Below, piece by piece: positions 1 to 12,795 of a stretch of DNA of 64,000 nt; the first letter of the stretch is position 1, and the number at the start of each line of letters is the position of its first letter. Where the stretch lies: positions 24,304,001 through 24,368,000 of the forward strand of contig OX597839.1 of NCBI GenBank assembly GCA_951406725.2, given 5' to 3'. Under the pieces are notes generated by a model. That model saw only the letters and a program-made list of their open reading frames with translations. It searched no databases and was not told the origin of the DNA. Source of the stretch: Octopus vulgaris (taxonomy: Eukaryota). The position numbers and the translations under genes are program-made.

Positions 1-341
1 CTACACACACTCACATCTATCTATCTATACACACACACACACATCTATCTATCTCTACACACACTCACATCTATCTATCTATACACACTCACATCTATCT
101 ATCTACACACACACATCTATCTATCTATACACACATCTATCTATCTCTACACACACACATCTATCTATCTATACACACATCTATCTATCTATACACACAC
201 ACATCTATCTATCTATACACACACACATCTATCTATCTCTCTCTACACACACATCTATCTATCTATACACACACACATCTATCTATCTCTCTACACACAC
301 ATCTATCTATCTAAACACACACATCTATCTATCTATCTATA
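1..341. repeat. Compound (CTAT)n/(CA)n microsatellite array
   Basis: Directly visible. Confidence 0.95.
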
Positions 342-1559
342 TTTCGCCTTGCCCAAGACTCTCTCTACCCCCTCACTCGTTGTTCACCCCCCCTTCTCAA
401 TTACATTCTCAACTCTCTCTCTCTCTCTCTTCCCCTCTAACATTTCCCTTGTCACACCTCTCTCCTCTCTCATACCCTCCCATCACTTTCACTGTCACAC
501 CTACACCTCCCTCCGTTTTCCTGTCACAGCTTCCATCTATTTCCAATAATCACATCAGGCTTTTATCTGCCATCACATCTTATTCCAGTCACACTTTCTT
601 AGCGATTCAACCACCTTCCTCTTCTCCCATCTCCCCAGTCGCATTTACACTCCGCCGCGTCACCTCCCCATCCTATCTTTTCGAAACACTTTCCTGTATT
701 TGTCACACCAGCGGTTCCACATCGATACAGTCACACTTCGAACACTGTAACACCTCACAACCGTTACACCTACTCCCCCCTCTCTCTCTATCTCTCACTT
801 CTATATCTATCTTCTCAGTCACATCTCCCTTGCATACATCCAGCCTGTCACACCACCATCTATCTCCACCAAACATGGGCAACCTTTCTCGAGAAGCGGG
901 CCGCAAGAGACATGGTACATCAAGCGGGCAATTCAAGGTAATTTGTCGTAAGGTGTACCATTCAGAAAGTCCCGCGGACCACTGATCGCCCATGACCCTT
1001 ACCCTATCGGTCAGGCTACTTCCCTGACATCTATTAGCCACACCATTCCACTATATATCCATTCTGTCAGTCACACTAACCCTCCTAAATCAATCGTCTC
1101 AATAAAACCAGTCATCAATCTTCGATACTCAATAAATTCTACGAAGGAACCGAGCCAGCATAGACATTGCTGTCGGTAAAAAAAAAGGTGGGGGTGTTCG
1201 TCGTGGCAGCGGAGATGGTGGAGAAGAATGACTCTGGCGGCAGTAGTGGTGGGGTATTGGTATTAACAAGAAGTATGATCAAAAATTTCCTCCCGTGACC
1301 ACCCAGTCGTTTCTATTGTCCAAACGTATCCACCCCAACTCACTTTTTGGAACGAAAGCAAAGATTTTAGGGATTACTGCTATTACTAGCAGATTAGAAG
1401 ACCGCATAGAGGCTTTCTCGTCGGCTCGGCGGTCATTATGGTGGAGATGGCGGAGTCGGAGATAGTGGTCACAGTCATGATGGTGGTGGTGGTGGTGGTG
1501 GTGGTGGTGGTGGCGAGAGCAGTGGTAATAACGATGGTGGAACGGCGTCGATGCTGGTG

Positions 1560-1725
1560 GTGGAGACGGCGAAGATAGCGGTAAGAACGGTGGTGGTGGT
1601 GGAGACGGCGAAGATAGAGGTAACAACGGTGGTGGTGGTGGAGACGATGAAGATAGAGGTAAGAACGGTGGTGGTAGTGGTGGTGGAGACGGCGAAGATA
1701 GCGGTAAGAACGGTGGTGGTGATGG
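1560..1725. repeat. Minisatellite, unit about 39-45 bp (GGAGACGGCGAAGATAGCGGTAAGAACGGTGGTGGTGGT)
   Basis: Four diverged units. Confidence 0.85.
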
Positions 1726-3364
1726 TGGCGACGGCGGGGGACAACGGTAAAATATGACCATGGTGGCGCAGGCGACGACGACAATCACGACGACGACGCC
1801 TGGCAGTTACCGAAGTAGTAGCAAAGGCGATGGGAGTAGCGGTGATAGGTAACGCTGTCGAGTGATAGCGGCAATAATAATACCAGTGGTGGTGGCGGCG
1901 ACGGCGGCGGCGGAGGCGAGCAGCAGCCGACAGTGGCGACGGCGGCGAGCAGCAGCCGACAGCGGCGGCGACGTGCTAAAGAGACGCCTCTCCGAATATT
2001 CCTATCAAACTGTATAACACAGTAGTCATGTAGTTGAAAACCCAAACGTAAATGTTTATCCCTCCCACTTACAAAAGTATAGCATTCATTCTTTCACACA
2101 ACTTCCATATTTAATTGTCTTCGACATAATATCTCTTTCTTTTGGCGCCCGCCTCTTCTTTCCATAACGAACTCTCTCCAAGTCTGACATTATCCTCTCA
2201 CCCACCCCCGCCCCGCCACCGCCACACTCTCTCCCACCCAACGCTTACTCTTTCTCTCTCCCTCCTACACTTTACTCTCACTCCCTCCCTCCGTCTCTCT
2301 CTCTCTCTTCAGCATTCCCTCATGCATTCACCCACTCTCACTCCGTCTTTCCTCCTCTCTTCCCCTCCGAATATCCCTCACGTAATTTCCATATCACTTA
2401 GACACCGTCCATCACTCTCTCTCTCTCTCTCTTTCTCTCACTCTTTTTCCTTCTATCTCTCGCATATATCTCTTACTACATCTTTTACAACTCCCCTTCA
2501 GCATTAACTCCCTTCCCTCTCTTTACATCTCGCTCTTTATTCCCCCTCTCTCTCTACATATATATCTCTCCCTCTTTACGTTGCCATCTCCGTTTCTCTT
2601 TCCCTTTCTATCTCTACGTATCTCTTTCTCTCTGTCTCACTCAATCTCCACATATCTTTCTATATCTCCATGCCTCTTTCCCACACTCTCTCTATATCTC
2701 CATGTCTCTTTCCCACTCTCTCTATATATCTCCATGTCTCTTTCCCTGTTTCTCACATCTCTCTTTCCCACACTCTCTCTATATCTCCATGTCTCTTTCC
2801 CTGTTTCTCACATCCTCTCTCTTTAATCAATCACTCCTCTTGTCTGTACTTCCTTTCTCTCTCTCATGCACAAATTCCATTCCTCCGCCTCCTCCTCCTC
2901 TCTCACTCTCCTCCACTTCCTCCTCCTCCCCCTCCCCTCCCACATCTCATCCATCTCCCAGCAGACACCAATGGCCACCATATTCCGACGACTGCTGTAT
3001 TGCTCATGGGCTGATAATTAAAGCTAACAGCCCAATAGATGAGGTGTTTATTAGAGGTACAAAAGGGTAGGAAGTGATTGATTTAGGATGGAGCAGATGC
3101 TGGCTGCTTGCTTTAGCTTTGGCTGCCATGGTTGTTGTGGAGGAGGAGGAGAAGAAGAAGAAGAACGAGACACAAACGAAGAGAGAACAGCAGCACGAAA
3201 TGGTGGAAAATTGGTGATATTACACCAAAGCGGTGCTGGTGGTAGTGGCAGTGGTGTGCCGGTGGTGATACATGTATAGGCAGTGGTGATAGTGTTGGCT
3301 ACAGTATACCAGTGATAAATGGTAGAGCACCATCTGAAAGGTGTAATAAACCATAGTGTATTCG

Positions 3365-3810
3365 AAGTGGTGTGATAGTATAGGTGATAGTATATTGGTG
3401 GTGATACGGCGTAGTGTATGTGGTGTGGTTGTGGTAGTGGTAGTGGTTGTATAGTGGTGTGATAGTATAGGTTATAGTATATTGGTGGTGATACGGCGTA
3501 GTGTATGTGGTGTGGTTGTATAGTGGTGTGATAGTATAGGTTATAGTATATTGGTGGTGATACGGCGTAGTGTATGTGGTGTGGTTGTGGTGGTAGTAGT
3601 GGTGTGATAGTATATTGGTGGTGATACGGCGTAGTGTATGTGGTGTGGTTGTATAGTGGTGTGATAGTATAGGTGATAGTATATTGGTGGTGATACGGCG
3701 TAGTGTATGTGGTGTGGTTGTGGTGGTTGTATAGTGGTGTGATAGTATAGGTGATAGTATATTGGTGGTGATACGGCGTAGTGTATGTGGTGGTTGTATA
3801 GTGGTGATGT
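3365..3810. repeat. Minisatellite containing TAGTATATTGGTGGTGATACGGCGTAGTGTATGTGG
   Basis: About six units of variable length. Confidence 0.9.
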
Positions 3811-5169
3811 CATAACTGTATCGTTGTGCTGTGGGAGACAGTGTGGTGGTAGTACAATTACATCGTTCCTATTAATGGTGGTGATGGTCGTGGACTGACG
3901 AAACAAAATGTTCTGTGAACCATCACAAACTGTCTCAATTATAGAACAATTGACTGTGTGTCTGTACACGCGTGTATGTATATATGTGTGTATATATATG
4001 TGCGTGTGTCTGTGTGTGTTCAGTTGGGTTTAAGCTCTACAGTCGATAACACACCAACATGTTGCCAACTATGATACCAGCATGTCAAACCGGAATGGCT
4101 GGTGTGAAACTAAATTATTCTACTCAGACATCGCTCATAAAATATGATGTTGAAATTACAAGGATTTTTCGCCCATAAAAACAAGCATCTGTACATATAA
4201 ACGTGTGCGTACTCACACATAGATATATACACGCGCGAATAATGGTTATGTATTTAAGAGGTTTATTTTACATCGGGCGATTCTGGCTTTAATCCCACAA
4301 TGCAGGACATTGGGTACCCCCGACGCCGGCACAAATTGTGCAAAAGTCCGTTCTTTTTTGTTGTGTGTGTGTACGTAAATGTGTGTAGGTGCAGGAATGG
4401 CAGTGAGGTAAGAAGTTTCGTTCTCAACCACATGGTTACGGGTTCAGTTCAGTTCAGTTCCACTGCGAGACACCTTGGGCAAACAAAGCCTTGTGGGTGG
4501 ATTTGGTAGGTGGAAACCGAAAGAAGCTCGTCGTATGTGGGTGTACGTTTGTTCCCATCGCTTGACAACCAGTGTTGCTTTGTTTACATCCCTGAAACTT
4601 AGCGGTTCAGTAAAAGAGATTCATAAGTACCAGACTTTGAAAAAGGCAATGGGATCAATTTGTTCGACTAAACCCTTTGAAGCACCACCTCCCCCTCCCG
4701 TTATATAATGGGCTTCTTTCAGTTTCTGTCTACCAAATCCAATTGGTTGGCCCAAGGCTATAGAAGACATTTGCCCAAGGTGCCATGCAGTGGGACTGAA
4801 TCCAGAACCATGTGGTTGGGAAGCAAGCTTCTTACCACACAGCCACACCCTGCACCTATCTCAGTGAAAAATTGTTGTATTAAGCCATGTCCTTCAACAC
4901 CAGAAAAAAAATCCAATTTAGCCATTCGATAACCAGAAATCAAATAAGAACCAGATTACAGGGCTGACATACTCAAGAAAGAACCTTTGGCTCTCTTGCC
5001 AACCTCTTATAAACTATACAGGAGAGCATTACCTCCTTGTCTGTCTAAAGTCAAAGTTTAAGCGATTCCATCTGAACCCTTTCGGTGTCAATAAAATGAG
5101 TACCAGCTGAGCACAGGGTCAATGCAATCGACTGGCCCCACTGCCTCAAAATTTCAGACCTTGTGCCTA

Positions 5170-5480
5170 TTACAGTTCTATATTTAAGAGATGAGGAATT
5201 ATGTACATTTTTTTCTTTTTCTGTAGTTTCAGCTCATGGCTGTGACTATGCTGACACACGGCAGTTTGATGTATTTATATTTGATGGATATCTGTCCTCA
5301 TCTTGTTTGTTGTTAACACAATGTTTTGGTTGATATACCCTCCAGCCTTCATCAAGTGTCTTGGGGAAATTTCGAATCTGGTTTCTCATTCTGAAGGTAT
5401 TTTTTGATGTTGTTGTTATTATTATTATTTGGGTCACTGCCAGAAATCGAACTCGTAATCTTGGGGTCAGTTCCCGTGCT
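5170..5480 (-). mobile_element. SINE-like element with a Penelope-like 3' region
   Basis: B-box-like GAGTTCGATTTC. The head is shared with about 18395-18540. Contains a decayed hammerhead-like motif at 5315-5360. Confidence 0.5.
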
Positions 5481-7094
5481 ATTTGTGCCTATTAGTAGAA
5501 AAGGTTATTTATAGTTCTATCAATGCCAGAGGGAGACAAGACCCAAATCAGTTTTGGTTGGAATACAAAGCTGGGATGAAGCAACAAAACCTAAGTTAGC
5601 ATTAAAATTAACCCCCCCCCCAAAAAAAAAAACCCTGCATCCCAGCCTTGCTCTCTACTGCCACTGCCCTAAGGAAAGACCAAATAAATAAACCAGGGGA
5701 AAGGATAAGGAATTTTGTGATACAAGAGCAAACCATTTCCAATAGCTCTTTGGTCACATGAAGTGGACATTGAGAGTGGACAACCCAGCCACTGGGTGAA
5801 TAGTTTGTGATGAATAAGGTGTGAGTGGGAATGAGCAGTTGTGGTAGGGCTCTCCTCTTTGCTGGTGGTGGTGGTGGTGGTAGTTGTAGTAGTAGTAAGA
5901 GGGGGAAGAAAGAGAGACAGGTTTCATGTTAAGCACAACCCTTTAAAGAGGCAGTTGGTGCTATGGGCACAGCAGTCACAAAACGTTTGTAAGTGTGTTC
6001 ACATCTTCTGAAACAACATAAATTCACCATTATTAGCACTACCATCATCATCACCATCCTCATAATTATAACTGTCATTACCACCACCACCACCACCACC
6101 ACCACCACCGTTGTCCAACATCATCAAAAACCCAATTAGCATGTGTCTTCATGATCTGCTGCAAGCTTCCCAATATACATAAAAAAAACTAGGAGTAGAC
6201 CAAAGGGATTGGGTGAAGACAGATCCTTGTTGAAAGGTGGTGGTGGTGGTGGTGGTAAAGGTAGCAGTTGTGTGGTGATCTTTCGGGAAAAGTATATCAA
6301 AACTGAAAGTCTTTGATGGGCAATTTCTGAAAAAGATTTTTTATTAAAAAAATTTTTTTTTTCCAGCTGAATCACTTAAGTTTATGTCTATTTCGTGTAT
6401 GTATGTGTTTAGGTGTATATATGTATGTATGTATATATATTTGTGTATATAAGTATATTCATGTATTTATATGCATGAGTTTGAGTATGTATGTATATGT
6501 ATATATGTGTGTGTGCATACAGTTTGGTGTGTATACTTGTGTATGGAAGTGTATGTGTCTATTTATATGTATGCGTGCGTGTACATGCTTATGTGAGTAT
6601 ATATGCACGTGTGTGTGTGTGTGTGTATGTGTTCGTTTCCAGGCCCTACAACAGGTAGTGAACCACCGCCATCACCACCACCACCACATACCACTGCTGC
6701 AGTGGTAATGTCGCTGTTACTATTTGTTGTTAAGAGCAAAATATTTCCCTGGCGGTGGTCGTGGTGGTGGTGGTGGTGGCAACTGGCAGTTAGCAAAGAA
6801 AAGACAGGCTGAAGGACAGTTTAGTCTCCGTGGTGCTCTCGCATACGTATGTAGATAGACAGATATTGTCCTCGGGGGAAATAAACATAAATAGCGTCAA
6901 TTGGTGCCGTGTAATAGAGTCGCAGAGCGATGAGAATAACCAGATACGCTTGTATTATTATAATATACTGGCAGATGCCAGCTATACAAGATTGTGATGA
7001 GGGTGGTGGTGATGACGATGGCGATGACGATGGTGATGACGATGATGAAGGCAGCGATAATCATATTGTGTCATACACTCATCACATTCGTCAA

Positions 7095-7138
<44 letters not shown>

Positions 7139-7430
7139 ATAATAATAATAATATTAATAGTAATAATAATAATAATGATAATAGAGTGGAGCAAGCAAAA
7201 TCGAGAGCTCTGAGAATAGAAATAATGATAATACTAATAATAATAGTAATTTCTTTTATTAGCCACAGGGGCACAGATGAGGGGGAGGGGTGCATCACAA
7301 GGCCAGACTATTTCAGTGGAGATTTTTACATAAAGGATGGTGGGAGAAAGAAATGGAAAAGGCAGCGAAATGCAATAAAAGTATGCACAGCAGATGTATG
7401 TGCATCATGCTGCTACTGCTGCTGCTGCTG

Positions 7431-7478
<48 letters not shown>

Positions 7479-8056
7479 ATAATAATAATAATAATAATAA
7501 TAATCCTTTCTAGTATAGGCACAAAGTCAGCAATCTTCGGAGAGAGGGAAAAGTCGATTGCGTTGACCCTCAATAACTCAACTGGTACTTATTTTAATGA
7601 CCCCCCAAGAGGATGAACGGTAAAGTGGACCTCAGCAGGATTTGAACTCAGAATGTGGAGATGGACAAAATGTCGCTAAGCATTTCACCTGGCCTGCCAA
7701 TGATCTTACAAGCTTGTTGCCTTTTTTTATTCAAATTGTCGCACAAGGCCATCATTTTCAGGGAAGGGGCTAGGTTAAGATAATTAAACTGGCCCTAGTG
7801 CTCAGCTGGTCCTTTTTTTATTGACCCTGAAGGGATGAAAGGTGTCATTTGAAATATAATAATGACATTAATAATAATAATAATAATACAAATTTGCTTG
7901 TCAGTTACTTGACCACACCCAGTCGAGCATGTCCCTTAGTCGCTGACGCTATGTGCATCTCTGTGGGGGAACATCATAGCCATGTGTTGAGAGGAATTCT
8001 TTGGGGTTTGGATAATTCACCTTTGGAAACATGGGTGTTTCGTTTAACACCCTTAA

Positions 8057-8277
8057 CCCTTTCGTTACTGTATTTATTTTGAGATGCTCTGGGTTTCTTT
8101 CAGTTACTTTAAATATAATAAAGAATTTAGTAAAATAACTTTGTTACCATTCAGCTAGTGTTAGGAACATAAATTGTGACTAAGGTTTGGTGGAAGATTT
8201 TAATTCAGAGCTTTTGAAAGCAAGACATTTATACTACAGAGCCAGAGATGGTTTCAGCCAGGTTGGTAACGAAAAGG
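8057..8277. mobile_element. Second TTAA-MITE family (E)
   Basis: TTAA|CCCTTTCGTTAC...GTAACGAAAAGG|TTAA. An interrupted copy lies at about 45510-46040. Confidence 0.75.
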
Positions 8278-9026
8278 TTAAACAACCTTCTGAGAGGGAT
8301 GGGTTATTCAACCTGAAGAAAATTCTAACTGGGCCCCACTTCTAAGGTCATGTCCTATTTATTTTGATATGAGATTACCATGTCACGTACATATGGTTGT
8401 GATGCACAAGCCTGGTGTACCCTTCATTATCGGACAAAAACAGGGGGGGGGGGAAAGTTTACATTGATCAAAGAGAGATACTATCTCATTAATGGATGTA
8501 ACGGGATCATCATCATCATTTAACATCCGCTTTCCATGCTAGCATGGGTTGGACGGTTCAACTGGGGTCTGGGAAGCCAGAAGGCTGCACCAGGCCCAGT
8601 CTGATCTGGCAGTGTTTCTACGGCTGGATGCCCTTCCTAACGCCCAAGTTAGTGTAGTGGGTGCTTTTTACGTACCACCGACACAAGTGCCAGACGAGGC
8701 TGGCAAACGGCCACGGTCGGATGGTGCATTTTACGTGCCACCGGCACGGGAGCCTGGTAACAAATTATTACCAACTAATTAGTAAAGGTACAGGGATGGC
8801 TACATGCTGTCCTCATTTTAATGTCTATGTATCCATGCCTGAATGGGTTAGACAAAATTCAAGGAAGCAGATATTTTATGGTGGGGTGCTTCTCCTGTTG
8901 CCAACCCTCAGCTGTCTCCAAGCAAGATAATATTTGCTCCATGGTCCTCCAAACATGAACTGTAAAACTGCCAGACATGTTTTTGCAGAAGATTGCCAAT
9001 GAACAACACTGCTTCCTTGAATTAGC

Positions 9027-9069
<43 letters not shown>

Positions 9070-9557
9070 CAACAGGGTTTTTGCTAGCCTTGGGCTAAAG
9101 TTGAAGACTTGCACAAGTTACTACATAGTGGGACTGAATATGTAACTACATGGTTGCAATGCAAACCTCTTAAGTGTAGAACAATATACACACACACACA
9201 CATGTGTGTGCCTGACGGAGGGAAAGTGGCCGAGTTCCTTTCAAGCATTGGGCCTCACGGCGACAATGATCAAGACCCCTGGCATCATGTCATGCTGCAG
9301 AAGAAGACCCAGCAAGCTGAGCAAAATCACAGTCGTGGCAGATACTGGTGTCACACAAAAGGCATCCCATGCCAGCCGCACAGAAAAGCATCCATTACAC
9401 TGTCAGAGTGGTTGGCATTAGGAAAGGCATCCAGCAGTAGAAAAACATAGCAAATCAGACTGGGAGTCTGGTGCAATCTCCCAGCTTGCCAGCCTAGGTC
9501 AAACTGTCCACCCCTTGCGAGCATGGACAATGGATGCTAAATGACGATAATGATGAT

Positions 9558-10002
<445 letters not shown>

Positions 10003-10464
10003 CGTGTCTGAGATGAGGTTGCAGGGGGGAAGAAATCTGTGTGCTTCCACAGACGGAATCAGAGTATCTTAACGTATGTGCGAGTAATTGAAATGAATGG
10101 GTGTGAGAGGAAGGGATGGAGGGAGGGGGGAGGGATGAAATTACGCGAAAGAGAACATAAAGAGAGCGAGAAATTTGTGTACAAGTGCAGAGATATTAAA
10201 ACAGTACATACCATGTGTGTGCGTGTGTGTGTGTGTGTGTGTGTGCGTGTGTTTACGCAGGTATTGAAATACTGCTTGCTAATTGCTCTCTCTGTTCAGG
10301 TGATTATAAACTCAATATCCGCTGTCAACTATCTACTTAGAATGTCTTGAATATGATAGACAGAAGCGAGTAACAGACCTACGATGGTGGGGGGGGAGGG
10401 CGTGCAATGGTGGTGGTGGTGGTGGTGGTGATGTATGTAAGGGAGATTGAAAGAGCAGACGAAT

Positions 10465-10500
<36 letters not shown>

Positions 10501-10577
10501 AAGAGAGAGAGAGAAAGAGAGAGAGAGAAAGAGAGAGAGAGAGAAAGAGAAAAAGAGAGAGAGAAATAGAAAAAGAA

Positions 10578-10608
<31 letters not shown>

Positions 10609-10646
10609 GAGAGACCAAGCTAAAAGAAAGCTGCTTCTCTACGAAA

Positions 10647-11633
10647 CAGTGATTCTCAACCACTTTCTTTTTCTTTTTTTTTTTACCTCCAGACCCCTTT
10701 GATACTGGACCCTCATAGCCATCCCATGTTTAAAAAGATGACCCATTATATATTTCATTATTAAATATCATCAGGAAGTGCATGAAAAAATATCGTTAAA
10801 ATATTTAATGTTTTACAAGTATAACTAATTTGTTGAAGATAAATTTTTTAACAAAATCTTGTATGGACCCTTAAGGGCCATATATGGGGTCCCTGTTAAG
10901 AACCAATAGTCTAGAGAAAATAATCTGTATGTCTGTGAGGAGAGGATAACCACAGCTAACTGACCTAGCCAGAGTGGTGCTTCTCAACCAGTTTTTACCT
11001 ATGGACCCCTTTTCAATTCAGTTTCATTCAGATGGACCCCCATAGCTATTTTGAAGTTTAAAAAACCCTACTCTCTTTTACTCTTTTACTTGTTTCAGTC
11101 ATTTGACTGCGGCCATGCTGGGGCACTGCCTTTAGTCGAGCAACTCGACCCCGGGACTTATTCTTTGTAAGCGCAGTACTTATTCTATCAGTCTCTTTTG
11201 CCGAACCGCTAAGTGACGGCGACATAAACACACCACCATCGGTTGTCAAGCAATGCTAGGGGGACAAACACAGACACACAAACACACACACACATATATA
11301 TACGACGGGCTTCTTTCAGTTTCCGTCTACCAAATCCACTCACAAGGCATTGGTCGGCCCGAGGATATAGTAGAAGACACTTACCCAAGGTGCCACGCAG
11401 TGGGACTGAACCCGGAACCATGTAGTTGGTAAACAAGCTACTTACCACACAGCCACTCCTGTGCCTACTGTATTTTTTTATAATGAAATATCATCAGAAA
11501 TCGTATCAAAAAAATTGCCAAAATATTTTGTGAACTGCAGAAATCTTAACCAATTTATTGGACATAGATTTTAAGGACAAAATCTTATGTGGACCCTCAC
11601 CAGGGTTATGTGGACCTGGGTTGAGAAGCATTG
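10647..11633. mobile_element. Two adjacent hAT-like MITEs (about 10647-10908 and 10975-11633), the second split by a SINE
   Basis: Ends of the type CAGTGNTTCTCAAC / GTTGAGAAGCATTG with repeated internal GGACCC motifs. Related fragments lie near 49520-49650 and 59835-60640. Confidence 0.55.
11070..11466 (-). mobile_element. tRNA-derived SINE family A (octopus-type), near full length
   Basis: The head has A-box TGGCTGTGTGG and B-box GGTTCAGTCCC, followed by an internal (TA/TG)n and the tail GACTGAAACAAGTAAAAGAG. About 20 copies or fragments occur in the window. Flanked by a short CCTACT duplication. Confidence 0.9.
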
Positions 11634-12164
11634 AGGGTAAAAGAAGGAAAAGTATAAGTGGAAATAAGGGGAGAGAGGGAGTAGTGAGAGTGAGAGGAAA
11701 AGGAGACAAATAGGAGAGAGAGAGGGGGGAGAGAAGTAGAAAGTTGGGGGGAAAGAAAGCAAGAGGGAGACAGAGCAGAAGACAAAGTGGGAGAGAAGAG
11801 AGAGGAGAAAAGAGAGAAAAGGAAGAGAGACAAAGAGAGCAAGGAGGAGATGGAAAGAAAGAACATGAGAGAGAGAGTGAGAGAGAGAAAAGGAAGAGAG
11901 ACAAAGAGAGCAAAGGAAAGGGAGAGAGAATGCAAAGGAAGAGAGACAAAGAGAGCAAGAAAGAACATGAGAGAGAGAGAGAGAGAAAAGAAAGGAGAAA
12001 AGAGAGCAAAGGAAAGGGAGAGAGAATGCAAAGGGAGAGAGACAAAGACAGCAAAGAGGAGAGAGAAAGAAAGAGCATAAGAGAGAGAGAGAGAGAGCAA
12101 GAGAAGGGGTGGGGTAAAGGAAAATGAAAGCTATAGCCAGAATGCAGAATACAGAAATACATAA

Positions 12165-12198
<34 letters not shown>

Positions 12199-12368
12199 CA
12201 CACACAGGTATATCAAACTTCAAAGAAAGCAACACTAACTTCAGCTGCTGGTATGAAATATAACCCAGTAAATGTAGGCTAAATGATGCCATAGAAAGAG
12301 GTGAAAAAGAGCATAAACATTGATTTATATAGACTGGCTTTCTAACACTGATAAAGTGTGTGTGTATA

Positions 12369-12406
<38 letters not shown>

Positions 12407-12521
12407 CATACATACACATACATCTATATCATATGCATAAAAAGAAATGTGTTTGCATGTATATATATACAACACATATACGAATAAATGTATACTGGTT
12501 ATGTATTCACACACACACGTC

Positions 12522-12571
<50 letters not shown>

Positions 12572-12751
12572 GTCATACAAAACATACACATATATTATAT
12601 GCATGTGCAGTAATGTGTTTGTATACACATGTGGCTGTGTGGTAAGTAGCTTGTCTACCAACCACATGGTTCCGGGTTCAGTCCCACTGCGTGGCACCTT
12701 GGGCAAGTGTCTTCCAAAGCCTGGTGAGACAGAAACTGAAAGAAGACTGTC

Positions 12752-12795
<44 letters not shown>

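Noticed and set aside
870-996. Hairpin ATGGTACATC...GGTGTACCAT as a pre-miRNA
   Set aside because: The stem is short and matches no miRNA I recognise. It lies between CATGGGCAAC and GATCGCCCATG inverted ends, so it is more likely internal symmetry of a small hAT-like MITE.
6821-6841. RE1/REST-like motif (AGCACCACGGAGAC on minus)
   Set aside because: Only a partial match, and REST is not established in molluscs.
11243-11425. Recurrent peptides such as ARGYSRRHLPKVPRSGTEPGTM
   Set aside because: They are translations of SINE family A and recur wherever the SINE does.
11400-11466. SINE heads as tRNA genes
   Set aside because: They have A/B boxes but no complete cloverleaf and run directly into SINE bodies.
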